From positions 7,591 through 71,590 of the forward strand of contig CAZVYO010000011.1 of NCBI GenBank assembly GCA_964631155.1: 64,000 nucleotides of DNA, given 5' to 3'. Made by a program: the position numbers and the translations under genes. Of the stretch, positions 27,934-37,930 are shown piece by piece. Position 1 is the first letter of the stretch; the number at the start of each line of letters is the position of its first letter. Origin of the DNA: an uncultured Flavobacteriaceae bacterium (lineage in GTDB: Bacteria; Bacteroidota; Bacteroidia; Flavobacteriales; Flavobacteriaceae). A model generated the notes under the pieces. It did not search any database and had not been told where the DNA came from. It worked only from the letters and a program-made list of their open reading frames with translations.

Positions 27934-28452
27934 ATGTCTAGAAGACCAGAGTCAAATTCTTATCCCATCCAATATTGGATATTCTTACTATTAATCATTA
28001 GTTGCAAAAACAAAACTACAGAAGTGAAATCTGACAGTTCGCAAACTTCCAAGTATTTATTTAAACTATCGAAATCTCATCCTGACACTGTGAAACTTGA
28101 CACAGTACAGAGAAATAGTATTCATTTCTATTCTCGTTTAGATAGTATAGTAAAAAAAGAACGATACAAGCCTGAAAACTCAACTCACAACACATATCTT
28201 TTTGTTTATCACTTTGATAATAAAAAAGATATACCTACAAAAATTGATAACTATGATGAAAGCAAAAGCAAGATATTCTTGCCATCAAATGAACAGAGCA
28301 TCATTTACGAATACTCTTTTGATAAATTAGGAATGAATTACATTTCACTAATTTACCTCGAGAGCTTCTATTTTAGAAGAGATTCAAATGATTCGATTCA
28401 AGAAATAGAATTTTCAGGAATTTTTCAAGATAGCGTGTATGTAACTCAATAA
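27934..28452 (+). CDS. Hypothetical lipoprotein
   Basis: AT-rich ORF with lipobox-like LIISC; start uncertain. Confidence 0.45.
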   Translation: MSRRPESNSYPIQYWIFLLLIISCKNKTTEVKSDSSQTSKYLFKLSKSHPDTVKLDTVQRNSIHFYSRLDSIVKKERYKPENSTHNTYLFVYHFDNKKDIPTKIDNYDESKSKIFLPSNEQSIIYEYSFDKLGMNYISLIYLESFYFRRDSNDSIQEIEFSGIFQDSVYVTQ

Positions 28453-28607
28453 ACTTTTTGATGGTGCCTAGCTGCATTCGGTGTACACACATAAGTAAAA
28501 TGCGAATCTAATTAAGAAACTCTACTAGCCACCACCCACTTCTTTTAACAACACCTTTTAAACTTCATTTTGTTTAGGTTATATCTTTATACCTTAAACA
28601 AATTAAG

Positions 28608-29129
28608 GTGTATCTACAATCCATAAAAACCGTTCAGAAGTTGCCTATCCCGCTCACAGAAGCTTGGGATTTTCTCACCAGTCCAGATAACCTCAAGTTA
28701 TTGACGCCTGAGGAGCTGGAAATGAACATCCACTACGGCAACGAGCGCAAGATCTATCCCGGTCAGCTCATTGAGTACACCCTCAAGCCCCTGCCCTTTT
28801 TCAAAACCAACTGGGTCACGCACATTACGCAGGTCAAGGAACTGGAATTTTTTGTGGACGAGCAAATGTATGGCCCTTACGCCACCTGGCACCACAAGCA
28901 TTTTATCAGGGAGATTCCCGGCGGCACGCTCATGGAAGATGTGGTGCACTATCGCTTGCCTCTGGGTTTCATCGGCAAGTTGGGGTTGCCGCTGGTTCGT
29001 AAAAAGCTGGAAGAGATATTCCGCTTTCGCGAAAGCGCACTTATCAAACATTTTGGTGCATTTCAAGAACCTACAGATCATCAAACCACACCAGAAGAAT
29101 CTACTTTGAAACACGAAATACTTAATTAA
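28608..29129 (+). CDS. SRPBCC family protein
   Basis: EAWDFLTSPDNL, WVTHIT, FVDEQ..GPY..WHH.H, MED.V.Y.LP.G. Confidence 0.85.
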   Translation: MYLQSIKTVQKLPIPLTEAWDFLTSPDNLKLLTPEELEMNIHYGNERKIYPGQLIEYTLKPLPFFKTNWVTHITQVKELEFFVDEQMYGPYATWHHKHFIREIPGGTLMEDVVHYRLPLGFIGKLGLPLVRKKLEEIFRFRESALIKHFGAFQEPTDHQTTPEESTLKHEILN

Positions 29130-29130
29130 A

Positions 29131-29826
29131 ATGTCCAAAAATATATTACTCATAGGCGGAAGCCACGGAATAGGAAACGCGATCGTAAAACAAATTCATA
29201 ATGATCACAATGTTTTTGTCGCTTCACGCGAAAACGAGAATTTACCTGACGGTGTAACGCACATCAAATTTGACGTACTCAGCGATGAACTGGACACGAG
29301 TCAGCTCCCTGAATCGCTGGACGGATTTGTATACTGCCCTGGAAGTATCAATCTGAAACCTTTTAAGATGTTGAAACAACAGCATTTTGAGGACGACCTG
29401 CAAATCAACTTTCTATCATTAATCAAAGTGACGAGAGATGTGCTGCCATTGCTAACCAAATCAGGTAACGGGAGTGTAGTGTTCTTTTCCACCGTGGCCG
29501 TAGGCAGAGGGATGCATTTTCATACCAGCGTCGCTGCCGCAAAGGGGGCTATTGAGGGCTTTGCAAAAGCTCTTGCCGCAGAATATGCACCTACCGTACG
29601 TATCAACGTCATTGCGCCATCACTCGTGGACACACCGCTGGCTGGTCGATTGTTGAGCAGCGAGGACAAAAAAGAAAAAATGGCCGACCTGCACCCGCTC
29701 AAACGTGTGGGGACACCAGAAGACATTGCTGCACTTTCCGTATTTTTATTGGAAGACAAATCCAGCTGGATCACCGGGCAAGTTCTGGGAGTCGACGGTG
29801 GTAAGTCTACCTTAAATATGGGTTAA
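29131..29826 (+). CDS. Short-chain dehydrogenase/reductase
   Basis: IGGSHGIG, FSTVA, AAAKGAIEGF, RINVIAPSLVDTP. Confidence 0.9.
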   Translation: MSKNILLIGGSHGIGNAIVKQIHNDHNVFVASRENENLPDGVTHIKFDVLSDELDTSQLPESLDGFVYCPGSINLKPFKMLKQQHFEDDLQINFLSLIKVTRDVLPLLTKSGNGSVVFFSTVAVGRGMHFHTSVAAAKGAIEGFAKALAAEYAPTVRINVIAPSLVDTPLAGRLLSSEDKKEKMADLHPLKRVGTPEDIAALSVFLLEDKSSWITGQVLGVDGGKSTLNMG

Positions 29827-31151
29827 TGGCAGATAAAGTAAATGTATTTTGGTTTAGGCGTGATTTGCGTTTAGATGATAATGTGGGTTTTCTACAAGCC
29901 TTGAAATCAGACCATCCCGTCCTTCCCATTTTTATATTTGATAAAGAAATTCTTGATAAGCTTCCTGAAGATGATGCTAGGGTTACCTTTATCTATGAAG
30001 AACTGCAACGCATGCGGGATCAGCTTCAAGATGAAGTGAACAGTTCTTTAGCGATGTACTACGGCAAACCAGAAGACATCTGGAAGGATCTGATCAGCGA
30101 TCACGACATCCAAGCTGTTTTCACTAACAGGGATTATGAGCCTTACGCCAAGGAGCGAGACGAGAAGATCAAAAATCTACTGGAAGAAAACAAAATTGAA
30201 TTCCACACTTTTAAAGACCAAGTTATTTATGAAAAGGAAGAAGTGGTCAAAAATGACGGCGATCCTTACGTAGTTTACACGCCATATAAGAATAAGTGGC
30301 TGGAAAATTTCCGTGAGGAGCATGGATCTGGGGAGGATCTAAAGATTTACTACACCAGCGGTCACCTAGATAATTGCGTCAAGAATAGCCGGCTTCCCAA
30401 TCTCTCATTAAGCGACATGGGGTTCAAGAAAAGTAGCATCGAGATCCCAGAATACACGGTGACACCTACCCTCATAGAGAATTACGATAAAACTCGTGAT
30501 TATCCAGCCAAGGAGAATGGAACTTCTCGATTAGGCGTCTATCTCAGATTTGGCGTGGTGAGCGTGCGCAAAATGGTCAAAAAAGCAGATCAAGCCAAGG
30601 ATAAAACCTTCCTGAGCGAACTCATCTGGAGGGAGTTTTTTATGCAGATTCTCTACCATTATCCCGAGACTAGGGACAACGCCTTTAAGTCAAAATACGA
30701 TCGCATCGACTGGCGCAACAATGAAGATGAGTTTGAAAAATGGAAAAAAGGTGAGACCGGCTACAAACTAGTCGATGCCGGAATGCGAGAACTCAATCAA
30801 ACGGGTTACATGCATAATCGCGTGCGTATGCTAGTAGCAAGTTTTTTATGCAAGCACCTTTTGATCGACTGGCGCTGGGGTGAGGCTTATTTTGCCGAGA
30901 AGTTGTTGGATTATGAAATGTCCAGCAATGTAGGGAACTGGCAATGGGCCGCAGGGAGTGGTGTAGATGCCGCACCCTATTTCAGAATCTTTAATCCCAT
31001 TACTCAAAAGGACAAATTTGACAAGCAAAGGGATTATATTAGTACCTACGTACCCGAGCATGACACAGATGACTATCCAGACATGATGGTGGATCATAAA
31101 GAGGCGCGGGAACGCTGTTTAAAAACTTACAAATCGGCACTAAATGATTAA
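29826..31151 (+). CDS. phrB: Deoxyribodipyrimidine (CPD) photolyase
   Basis: WFRRDLRLDDN, TSRLGVYLRFG, ELIWREFF, G.TGY.LVDAGMREL.QTGYMHNRVRM, NVGNWQWAAG, YFRIFNP. Confidence 0.92.
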   Translation: MADKVNVFWFRRDLRLDDNVGFLQALKSDHPVLPIFIFDKEILDKLPEDDARVTFIYEELQRMRDQLQDEVNSSLAMYYGKPEDIWKDLISDHDIQAVFTNRDYEPYAKERDEKIKNLLEENKIEFHTFKDQVIYEKEEVVKNDGDPYVVYTPYKNKWLENFREEHGSGEDLKIYYTSGHLDNCVKNSRLPNLSLSDMGFKKSSIEIPEYTVTPTLIENYDKTRDYPAKENGTSRLGVYLRFGVVSVRKMVKKADQAKDKTFLSELIWREFFMQILYHYPETRDNAFKSKYDRIDWRNNEDEFEKWKKGETGYKLVDAGMRELNQTGYMHNRVRMLVASFLCKHLLIDWRWGEAYFAEKLLDYEMSSNVGNWQWAAGSGVDAAPYFRIFNPITQKDKFDKQRDYISTYVPEHDTDDYPDMMVDHKEARERCLKTYKSALND

Positions 31152-31833
31152 AAACGCTCAAAAATTTGGATGGATTCTATTGATGATACTTTGCTTATCC
31201 ATTAGTTGTAAAGACAAAGATTCTAACGATTCAGTTAAAAATAGCTCCAACTCTTCGAATACTGATTCTGAAAAAGATCAAAAGCCTGAAAAGATTCAGG
31301 AACTACCCGTAGTAAGTTCAGTAAGCAGTGAGGATACAAAAGACACCAGTTTCAATCCGGAAAAAGCACCAGCAGACTTAAAAGCTTTCAGCCTTGAAGA
31401 AGTATTGACCCACAGCAATATGAAAGGTATCGCACTAGGAATGAGCTCACAAGACTTAAAAGATTATAATCTAAAGGCTAATCAATCCCTTGAAGCAATT
31501 AACACGGTAGATCAGAATGGTAACCAGCGCACACATCGCATCGTTACCGGTGGCGTTCCCATAGTAGAGCTTTCCATGAATGGCGACACAGTAAATGCGA
31601 TTACCTTTCTAAGCCGCAATGCTTTTCCAAAAAACATGATTGGAGTGGATTATTCCTATAAAATTTTATCCACCAAATATCCCAATTTGAGTGTGGGTGG
31701 TAATCAAGTCACGACTACTAATGACGGCAAAAAGCTGATCTTTTTAATGGAAGCGATGAGTTCTGATGGACAAACCATGCCTGACAGCGCCCAAATCGTC
31801 GAGATGACTGTAATGAATCAAATTGAATCGTGA
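31144..31833 (+). CDS. Hypothetical lipoprotein
   Basis: Signal with LSISC lipobox; overlaps both neighbouring genes. Confidence 0.6.
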   Translation: MIKNAQKFGWILLMILCLSISCKDKDSNDSVKNSSNSSNTDSEKDQKPEKIQELPVVSSVSSEDTKDTSFNPEKAPADLKAFSLEEVLTHSNMKGIALGMSSQDLKDYNLKANQSLEAINTVDQNGNQRTHRIVTGGVPIVELSMNGDTVNAITFLSRNAFPKNMIGVDYSYKILSTKYPNLSVGGNQVTTTNDGKKLIFLMEAMSSDGQTMPDSAQIVEMTVMNQIES

Positions 31834-33319
31834 GCCGATCAATATTGTCTGGTTCAAACGTGATCTCAGAATTCTAGATCATGAACCACTTGCCCTAGCG
31901 GCACAATCTAACTTGCCCCTACTCTGCATCTACATTTTAGAACCCATGATAATCAATGACGCTCATTATAGTGAGCGTCATTTTATTTTTATACAGGAAT
32001 CTATCCATGAGTTGCGATCCCAATTAAAACTGAAAGGAGTCCATTTATTGACTGTTCAAGGAGAGGCGTTCGGGACCTTTCAGGTGCTCAACAAAATATT
32101 TGAAGTAAAAACTGTTTTCTCATATCAAGAGACCGGACTTTGGAACACATTTCAGCGTGATTTGAAATTAAAAAAATGGTTCAAAAAGAATTCTATTCAA
32201 TGGAGTGAGTCGGTGTCAAACGGTGTGTTCAGAGGACTTCGCAATCGCAAAACCTGGAAGGATAGCTGGATAGACTTTATGAATGCGCCGCTTCAAAATC
32301 CTGATCTGGATCAGGCACAATTCATATCTGTTAAAACCCTCAAGTTACTTAAGTCTAAATTCGTATCAGTAGATCTTGAGATACCCAAGGATCATCCATT
32401 CCAAAAAGGCGGAACTCAAACCGCTCTCAAATACCTAGACAGTTTTTTCAAGCACCGTATTCTGGAATACAACAGCCAGTACTCAAAACCCTTGACCAGC
32501 CGTAAACACAGTAGCAGACTTTCTCCCTATCTCGCTTGGGGTAATCTAAGCGTACGTGTGGTCATCAAAATGGCAGGACAGCAAAGAATAAGTGCAGGCA
32601 AGAAAAGAATTTACGATTCTTTTCTATCGCGCATGCGATGGCAGGCTCACTTCATCCAAAAATTTGAAATGAAACCAGAAATGCAGTTCAGAAGCGTGCA
32701 CAGCGCTTACCGGGACCTCGGTAAAAAGCATGATGCTGAACTTCAAAAGGCCTGGCGTGAAGGTAAGACGGGTTACCCGCTGGTGGATGCCGCGATGCGC
32801 TGTCTCAATGCTACGGGATTTGTCAATTTTAGGCTTCGGGCTTTATTAGTGAGTTTTTTCACGCATCATTTATGGCAACCGTGGCAGGATTGTAGCGAGC
32901 ATTTGGCCCAGCAGTTTCTCGATTTTGAACCTGGCATCCACTACCCACAGTTGCAAATGCAGGCTGGGGAGACGGGTATCAACACCGTACGCGTGTATAG
33001 TCCGGTAAAAAACAGCTGGGATCATGATCCAGAGGGCAAGTTTCTCAAAAAATGGGTGCCAGAATTGGCTCATCTACCTGTTGCCTATATCCACGAGCCT
33101 TGGAAAATGCCACCTCTCGAGCAGCAATTCCATGACTTTGATCTGAAGCGTGATTACTATGAGAGGATTGTGGAAGTCTCGCTTTCGCGAAAGCGTGCTC
33201 AAGACACACTCTACGGTATTCAAAAATCCATCCAAACGCAAGAAGAATCTCGTCGTATCGTAGCCAAGCATACTAATCCCAAACGGAAGGTATGGGTAGG
33301 CAGCGAGGGTTTGAAATAA
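31823..33319 (+). CDS. Cryptochrome/photolyase family FAD-binding protein
   Basis: [65 protein letters not shown]. Confidence 0.85.
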   Translation: MNREPINIVWFKRDLRILDHEPLALAAQSNLPLLCIYILEPMIINDAHYSERHFIFIQESIHELRSQLKLKGVHLLTVQGEAFGTFQVLNKIFEVKTVFSYQETGLWNTFQRDLKLKKWFKKNSIQWSESVSNGVFRGLRNRKTWKDSWIDFMNAPLQNPDLDQAQFISVKTLKLLKSKFVSVDLEIPKDHPFQKGGTQTALKYLDSFFKHRILEYNSQYSKPLTSRKHSSRLSPYLAWGNLSVRVVIKMAGQQRISAGKKRIYDSFLSRMRWQAHFIQKFEMKPEMQFRSVHSAYRDLGKKHDAELQKAWREGKTGYPLVDAAMRCLNATGFVNFRLRALLVSFFTHHLWQPWQDCSEHLAQQFLDFEPGIHYPQLQMQAGETGINTVRVYSPVKNSWDHDPEGKFLKKWVPELAHLPVAYIHEPWKMPPLEQQFHDFDLKRDYYERIVEVSLSRKRAQDTLYGIQKSIQTQEESRRIVAKHTNPKRKVWVGSEGLK

Positions 33320-33348
33320 AAATCCCGAGGCAAGACCTCGGGATTTTT
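33318..33348. terminator. Bidirectional intrinsic terminator
   Basis: AAAAATCCCGAGG-CAAGA-CCTCGGGATTTTT between convergent genes. Confidence 0.88.
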
Positions 33349-33364
33349 GCAAGATTGAGAACTT

Positions 33365-35803
33365 TTACTTCTCATCTTTCATTTCTCTGTTTTTTACGTA
33401 TTTCTCCAACCATTGATGTTGTTCCCACAACACGTGCATCAAGCTTTCTTTAGCAGCGTATCCGTGAGATTCTTTGGGCAGCATGACGAGTCTGGCTGTA
33501 GCGCCGAGACCTTTCAACGCATTAAAGTAGCGCTCACTCTGTAGCGGGTAAGTTCCTGAATTATTATCTGCTTCACCATGGATCAACAGTAAAGGTTCAT
33601 CCATTTTCTCTGCGTTCATAAAGGGTGACATGGTGTTGTAAATTTCAGGATCGTCCCAGTAACTGCGCTCCTCGCTCTGGAAACCAAAAGGAGTCAACGT
33701 CCTGTTATAAGCACCAGAACGAGCAATTCCAGCTGCAAAATCATCGCTGTGCGAAAGCAGATTTGCGGTCATAAAGGCACCGTAACTGTGGCCTCCCACT
33801 CCTACTCTATTGCGGTCGATGTAACCTAGATCATCTACTGCATCGATAGCTGCGCGGCCATTTGCAACAAGTTGTGGGATGAAGGTATCGTTAGGCTCCT
33901 CTTCTCCCTCTCCCACAATCGGGAAAGCGGCATCATCAAGCACGGCGTATCCCTGGGTCAACCAGTAAACGAAACTCCCATAGTACGGATAGATGAATTC
34001 GTTTGGGTTTTGGGTATTTTGTCCTGCGCTGTTTTTATCCTTATATTCTCTGGGATATGCCCAGACTAACAAAGGCAGCTTCTCGCCACTATCCTTATCA
34101 TAATCTGCAGGCAGGTACAAAGTTCCAGAAAGGTCCAGACCGTCGTTGCGTTTGTAATTCAAAACTTCCTTATGTACACCGCTCAACGCTTTAAACGGAT
34201 TCTCAAAATCGGTGATTTGCTGCGGTGCCTTTTTGCTGTCCAGATCCCTAATGTAATAATTGGGATAATCAGTAGGTGATTCTATCTGGACCAGCATGGT
34301 TTTGTCATCAAAATCGATCATGTCCACCAGACTCTCCTTCTTACCTTCCATTTTTGAGGTATAGATTCTTTTAGTTTTTTCCGTCTTGAGGTTTTGCTCA
34401 GCCACAAAAGGGAACTGTCCATCTGGCGTGTAGCCATCTCCCACAAGAAATGCCGTGTTTCCATCAAGTGCTAGAATTGATCTACCGTAGTCATTTTGTT
34501 TGGTCGCAAAACTCCCAGGGTCCGCGTAGGCGTCTTGATAATTCAAGTCATAAAGTACTTTAGGCTTTGCTGGTAATTTACTAGGATTGAAATGATAAAC
34601 TTTGCGATTTCTTGTGTTCCACCAGTAATCGTAAGCAATCGCATTATTCTTGTCTCCCCAAACGATACCGCTGTAACGATTTATAGTCCTAAAAATCTCT
34701 TGTGGTTTTCCATCATACGGAGATTTCAACTGATACACCACATCTCTAAATTCCACTTCATTTTCAGGATCTCCCTTGTCTAGCGCTTCTGCATACACGA
34801 GCGTTTTGGGCTGATCTGCGCGCCAAGAGAAACGTCTCTTTCCTTCACGGGTCGCCATGAATCCTTTAGGCATCTCTTCCATTAAAGGAACCTCATTGAC
34901 TTGCTTTACTAATTTAGCATTGGTATCATAGATCTTCACCGTGTAAGGAAAACGGCCGTAGGTTACGATGTAAGAAAAGGGTCTCTGCATTTCTCTCACC
35001 ATGATTTCTGAACCATCTGGAGAGAAACTAAGGCTGCGGTACATTCCCGCTGGCAGGAAATCAGTTATCGCACCATTCATGTTTACTTTTTTGATTTCAC
35101 TTCGGGCAAGCTGTTCAAAATTCTGCTCATCGTTTGGGTTTTTGAGTAGATCCTGATAGGTACGGTTCTGCGCCTTGCTTCCATCACTTACGGAGATGGT
35201 AGGTCCAGATGGTGTCACCTCTCCTGTTTCAATAAGCGGTTTGCGATCTGATGGTAGCATTTTGACCAGTATCGCGCTGTTGTCTTTCATCCAGCTTATA
35301 GGATTTCCCATGTTTGCATTAACCGCAGCTGGAGTCATTTTTTTTACACTAGCCTTATCTACGTCCAATACCCAGACTTCGGTACCGTCAGTTACCGTAT
35401 TTGTAAATGCAACCATTTTATAGTCTGGTGACCAGTTGAGATTGGAAATTTTTGCTTTTGCGGGCAATCCTGATATCTTGCGTGGCTCACCACCATCGAC
35501 ATCAGCCACTTCCAGTCGTGTGATGAAGGTCGTTCTACTCCCTATGTTAGTTTTAGGGTTGATACGCAACCCACCCAATCGCAATTCTTTTTCAGACAGC
35601 TGATCGATGCTTTTATAGGTATCACGGTAGGCTAAAATCATTTTCTCAGCATCTTTGTCCATAAGCACGCTGGGTGGACGCTCAAAGTCAAAGAGTTCCA
35701 TGATTTCTTCGGGTGGTTTTTGATACTCAAGGTTTATTTGAGAGTACGCTTTCGCGAAAGCGAGAACCCCCAAAACTGCAGTTAGAATCCAGTTTTTGTT
35801 CAT
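33365..35803 (-). CDS. S9 family (prolyl oligopeptidase-like) peptidase
   Basis: Signal peptide; GGHSYG nucleophile; LLIHGEADNN; ESHGY. Confidence 0.9.
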   Translation of the reverse strand: MNKNWILTAVLGVLAFAKAYSQINLEYQKPPEEIMELFDFERPPSVLMDKDAEKMILAYRDTYKSIDQLSEKELRLGGLRINPKTNIGSRTTFITRLEVADVDGGEPRKISGLPAKAKISNLNWSPDYKMVAFTNTVTDGTEVWVLDVDKASVKKMTPAAVNANMGNPISWMKDNSAILVKMLPSDRKPLIETGEVTPSGPTISVSDGSKAQNRTYQDLLKNPNDEQNFEQLARSEIKKVNMNGAITDFLPAGMYRSLSFSPDGSEIMVREMQRPFSYIVTYGRFPYTVKIYDTNAKLVKQVNEVPLMEEMPKGFMATREGKRRFSWRADQPKTLVYAEALDKGDPENEVEFRDVVYQLKSPYDGKPQEIFRTINRYSGIVWGDKNNAIAYDYWWNTRNRKVYHFNPSKLPAKPKVLYDLNYQDAYADPGSFATKQNDYGRSILALDGNTAFLVGDGYTPDGQFPFVAEQNLKTEKTKRIYTSKMEGKKESLVDMIDFDDKTMLVQIESPTDYPNYYIRDLDSKKAPQQITDFENPFKALSGVHKEVLNYKRNDGLDLSGTLYLPADYDKDSGEKLPLLVWAYPREYKDKNSAGQNTQNPNEFIYPYYGSFVYWLTQGYAVLDDAAFPIVGEGEEEPNDTFIPQLVANGRAAIDAVDDLGYIDRNRVGVGGHSYGAFMTANLLSHSDDFAAGIARSGAYNRTLTPFGFQSEERSYWDDPEIYNTMSPFMNAEKMDEPLLLIHGEADNNSGTYPLQSERYFNALKGLGATARLVMLPKESHGYAAKESLMHVLWEQHQWLEKYVKNREMKDEK

Positions 35804-35913
35804 GATTAGAAAATTTGTTAAAAATTAAGGCTAGAAATCGGTTGCGAGAAAAATCAAGGCGTTAAAATAATCTTAACCCGAAATCAACCTACGCCCCTTT
35901 ATCTTTGTAAGCT

Positions 35914-37335
35914 ATGAAAATGGATACCATTACTGCGCTTGCAACTCCGCCGGGAGCTGGAGCAATTGCCATCATAAGAATCTCGGGACCAGAGGCTCAT
36001 CAAATTGCTGATGCACTATTTATCTCGATGGGGAAAAAATCGACTGGAAAACATGTAAGTTCGATGAAGGGACATACGGTTCAATTAGGGCATATTGTTC
36101 ACTATGGACGTACGATAGATGAGGTTTTACTGACAAAATTTGCGGCACCTCGCTCCTATACCGGTGAGCATGTGGTGGAAATCTCGTGCCACGGTTCCAT
36201 TTATATTCAGCAGGAAATCATTGCGGCCTGTCTTGCACACGGTGCTCGTACGGCTCAGGCTGGTGAGTTTACCTTACAGGCTTTTCTCAATGGAAAAATG
36301 GATCTCTCACAAGCCGAGGCTGTCGCTGACCTCATCGCGAGTGAAAGTGAAACAGCCCACCAGATCGCCTTGCAACAAATGCGCGGTGGTTTCTCTAGCG
36401 AACTCCAAGGGTTGCGAGCGCAATTACTCAACTTTGCCAGTCTCATCGAGCTGGAACTTGATTTTAGCGAAGAAGACGTAGCCTTTGCAAATCGGGATGA
36501 TTTAAAAAAATTACTGGCCGAATGCCAAGCGACTTTAAAAAAACTCATCGACAGTTTTGCTCTGGGTAATGTGCTCAAATCTGGGATTCCCGTCGCCATT
36601 GTAGGGGAGCCAAATGTAGGGAAATCGACCTTGCTTAACGCATTGCTCAACGAGGAGAAAGCCATTGTAAGCGATATTGCAGGAACCACTAGAGACGCTA
36701 TTGAAGATGAGATCAACATTGAGGGTGTACGTTTCCGTCTAATTGACACGGCTGGAATCAGAGAAACCAAAGATACTATAGAAGGAATGGGGATCCAGCG
36801 TTCCTACGCAAAGGCAGAGCAATCTAAACTAGTCTTGTATCTGCTGGATGCCACCCAACTCAACACGCAGCCTCGCATCGTTCATTGTCTCATGCGCATA
36901 CAAATCATGCGTGAAAAGTTTCCAGACAAACCTCTGGTAGTGATTCTCAACAAGATTGACCAAATCACAGGTCTCGAACACGCTGAGCTGACCAAGAAGA
37001 TTCACGATAAATCGCCATCAATCATTTTGATATCTCTTAGTGCAAAAGCAGGCAATGGTGTTGAAGAACTTAAAAAGGCTCTGGTAGAAAGCTTCAAAAG
37101 TGGTGCGCTTTCCAGCGATCAGAGTATTGTAAGCAATGCTCGTCACTATGATGCTTTACAGAGTGCCTACTCCAGCCTTCTCGAGGTACAACAAGGCATT
37201 GCAGATGAGGTCTCCAGCGAGTTCCTCGCCATAGATATACGCGCAACGGCAGAATCGCTCGGTTTGATTACAGGCGAAATCACAAATGATGAGCTGCTAG
37301 GTAATATCTTTAGTCAGTTTTGTATCGGGAAGTAA
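35914..37335 (+). CDS. mnmE: tRNA modification GTPase MnmE/TrmE
   Basis: DTITALATPPG.GAIAIIRISG, GEPNVGKSTLLN, AGTTRD, DTAGIR, NKID, C-terminal FSQFCIGK. Confidence 0.97.
   Translation: MKMDTITALATPPGAGAIAIIRISGPEAHQIADALFISMGKKSTGKHVSSMKGHTVQLGHIVHYGRTIDEVLLTKFAAPRSYTGEHVVEISCHGSIYIQQEIIAACLAHGARTAQAGEFTLQAFLNGKMDLSQAEAVADLIASESETAHQIALQQMRGGFSSELQGLRAQLLNFASLIELELDFSEEDVAFANRDDLKKLLAECQATLKKLIDSFALGNVLKSGIPVAIVGEPNVGKSTLLNALLNEEKAIVSDIAGTTRDAIEDEINIEGVRFRLIDTAGIRETKDTIEGMGIQRSYAKAEQSKLVLYLLDATQLNTQPRIVHCLMRIQIMREKFPDKPLVVILNKIDQITGLEHAELTKKIHDKSPSIILISLSAKAGNGVEELKKALVESFKSGALSSDQSIVSNARHYDALQSAYSSLLEVQQGIADEVSSEFLAIDIRATAESLGLITGEITNDELLGNIFSQFCIGK
37318..37335 (+). repeat. attL core (last 18 bp of mnmE)
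   Basis: 17 of 18 identical to 60382-60399. Confidence 0.88.
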
Positions 37336-37460
37336 TTACTTTTCTTTTAATTAGCTTTTCCTTGTTGTACAAGGGTTTACAGCCTATTTAATACTTCTTT
37401 TTTGTTGCCTTTTTGCTCTTTTTAAGCTATATTTGTTGTATATCTGTTGCCTGATATAGG

Positions 37461-37550
37461 TATTTGTTGCCCAATTCTCAGGTTTAGGAAACAAGGCGAG
37501 ATGATGCACCATATTGCCCCACGTTGCACCATAACGCTACATAATGCACC
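37461..37550 (+). repeat. Putative integrase arm-type / Xis sites
   Basis: TATTTGTTGCCCAATTCTC (37461-79) is repeated as TATTTGTTGCCTAAATTCTC near attR (60333-52). Five 10-bp phased units follow: ATGATGCACC/ATATTGCCCC/ACGTTGCACC/ATAACGCTAC/ATAATGCACC (37501-50). Confidence 0.5.
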
Positions 37551-37554
37551 ATTT

Positions 37555-37923
37555 ATGAGCAGTAATCTTTATATCCCAAAAACCTGTCAGCATTGCGGTA
37601 ATCTCTTTACAGCTCGCACAACAGTAACCAAGTATTGTGGCGACAGCTGTGCTAAGAAAGCCTACAAAGCACGAAAGCGACAAGAGAAAGTTGAAGCTGC
37701 ACTTCAAGAGACTAAAGCAAGCCAAGAAGTTCAACACCCTGCAACAGCTTCAATAGACAGTTTATCCAGCAAAGACTTTTTAAGCATCACGGATGCATCA
37801 AAACTTATTGGTGTAAGCAGATGGACCATTCAAAGAATGATTAAGCGTGGCCAGCTTAAAGCTGTGCCCTTTGGCAGAAAACATATTGTTGCACGCCACC
37901 AAATAGAGAACCTTTTTAATTAG
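37555..37923 (+). CDS. Excisionase-like HTH protein with N-terminal Cys4 Zn ribbon
   Basis: CQHCG...YCGDSC followed by MerR/HTH_17-like FLSITDASKLIGVSRWTIQRMIKRG; directly upstream of the integrase. Confidence 0.75.
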   Translation: MSSNLYIPKTCQHCGNLFTARTTVTKYCGDSCAKKAYKARKRQEKVEAALQETKASQEVQHPATASIDSLSSKDFLSITDASKLIGVSRWTIQRMIKRGQLKAVPFGRKHIVARHQIENLFN

Positions 37924-37930
37924 TAGCCTT

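Noticed and set aside
28690-29040. GC-richer patch inside the SRPBCC gene as a foreign insertion
   Set aside because: The reading frame and family motifs run continuously through it, and no boundaries or repeats were seen; it could be a homologous replacement but this cannot be supported by eye.
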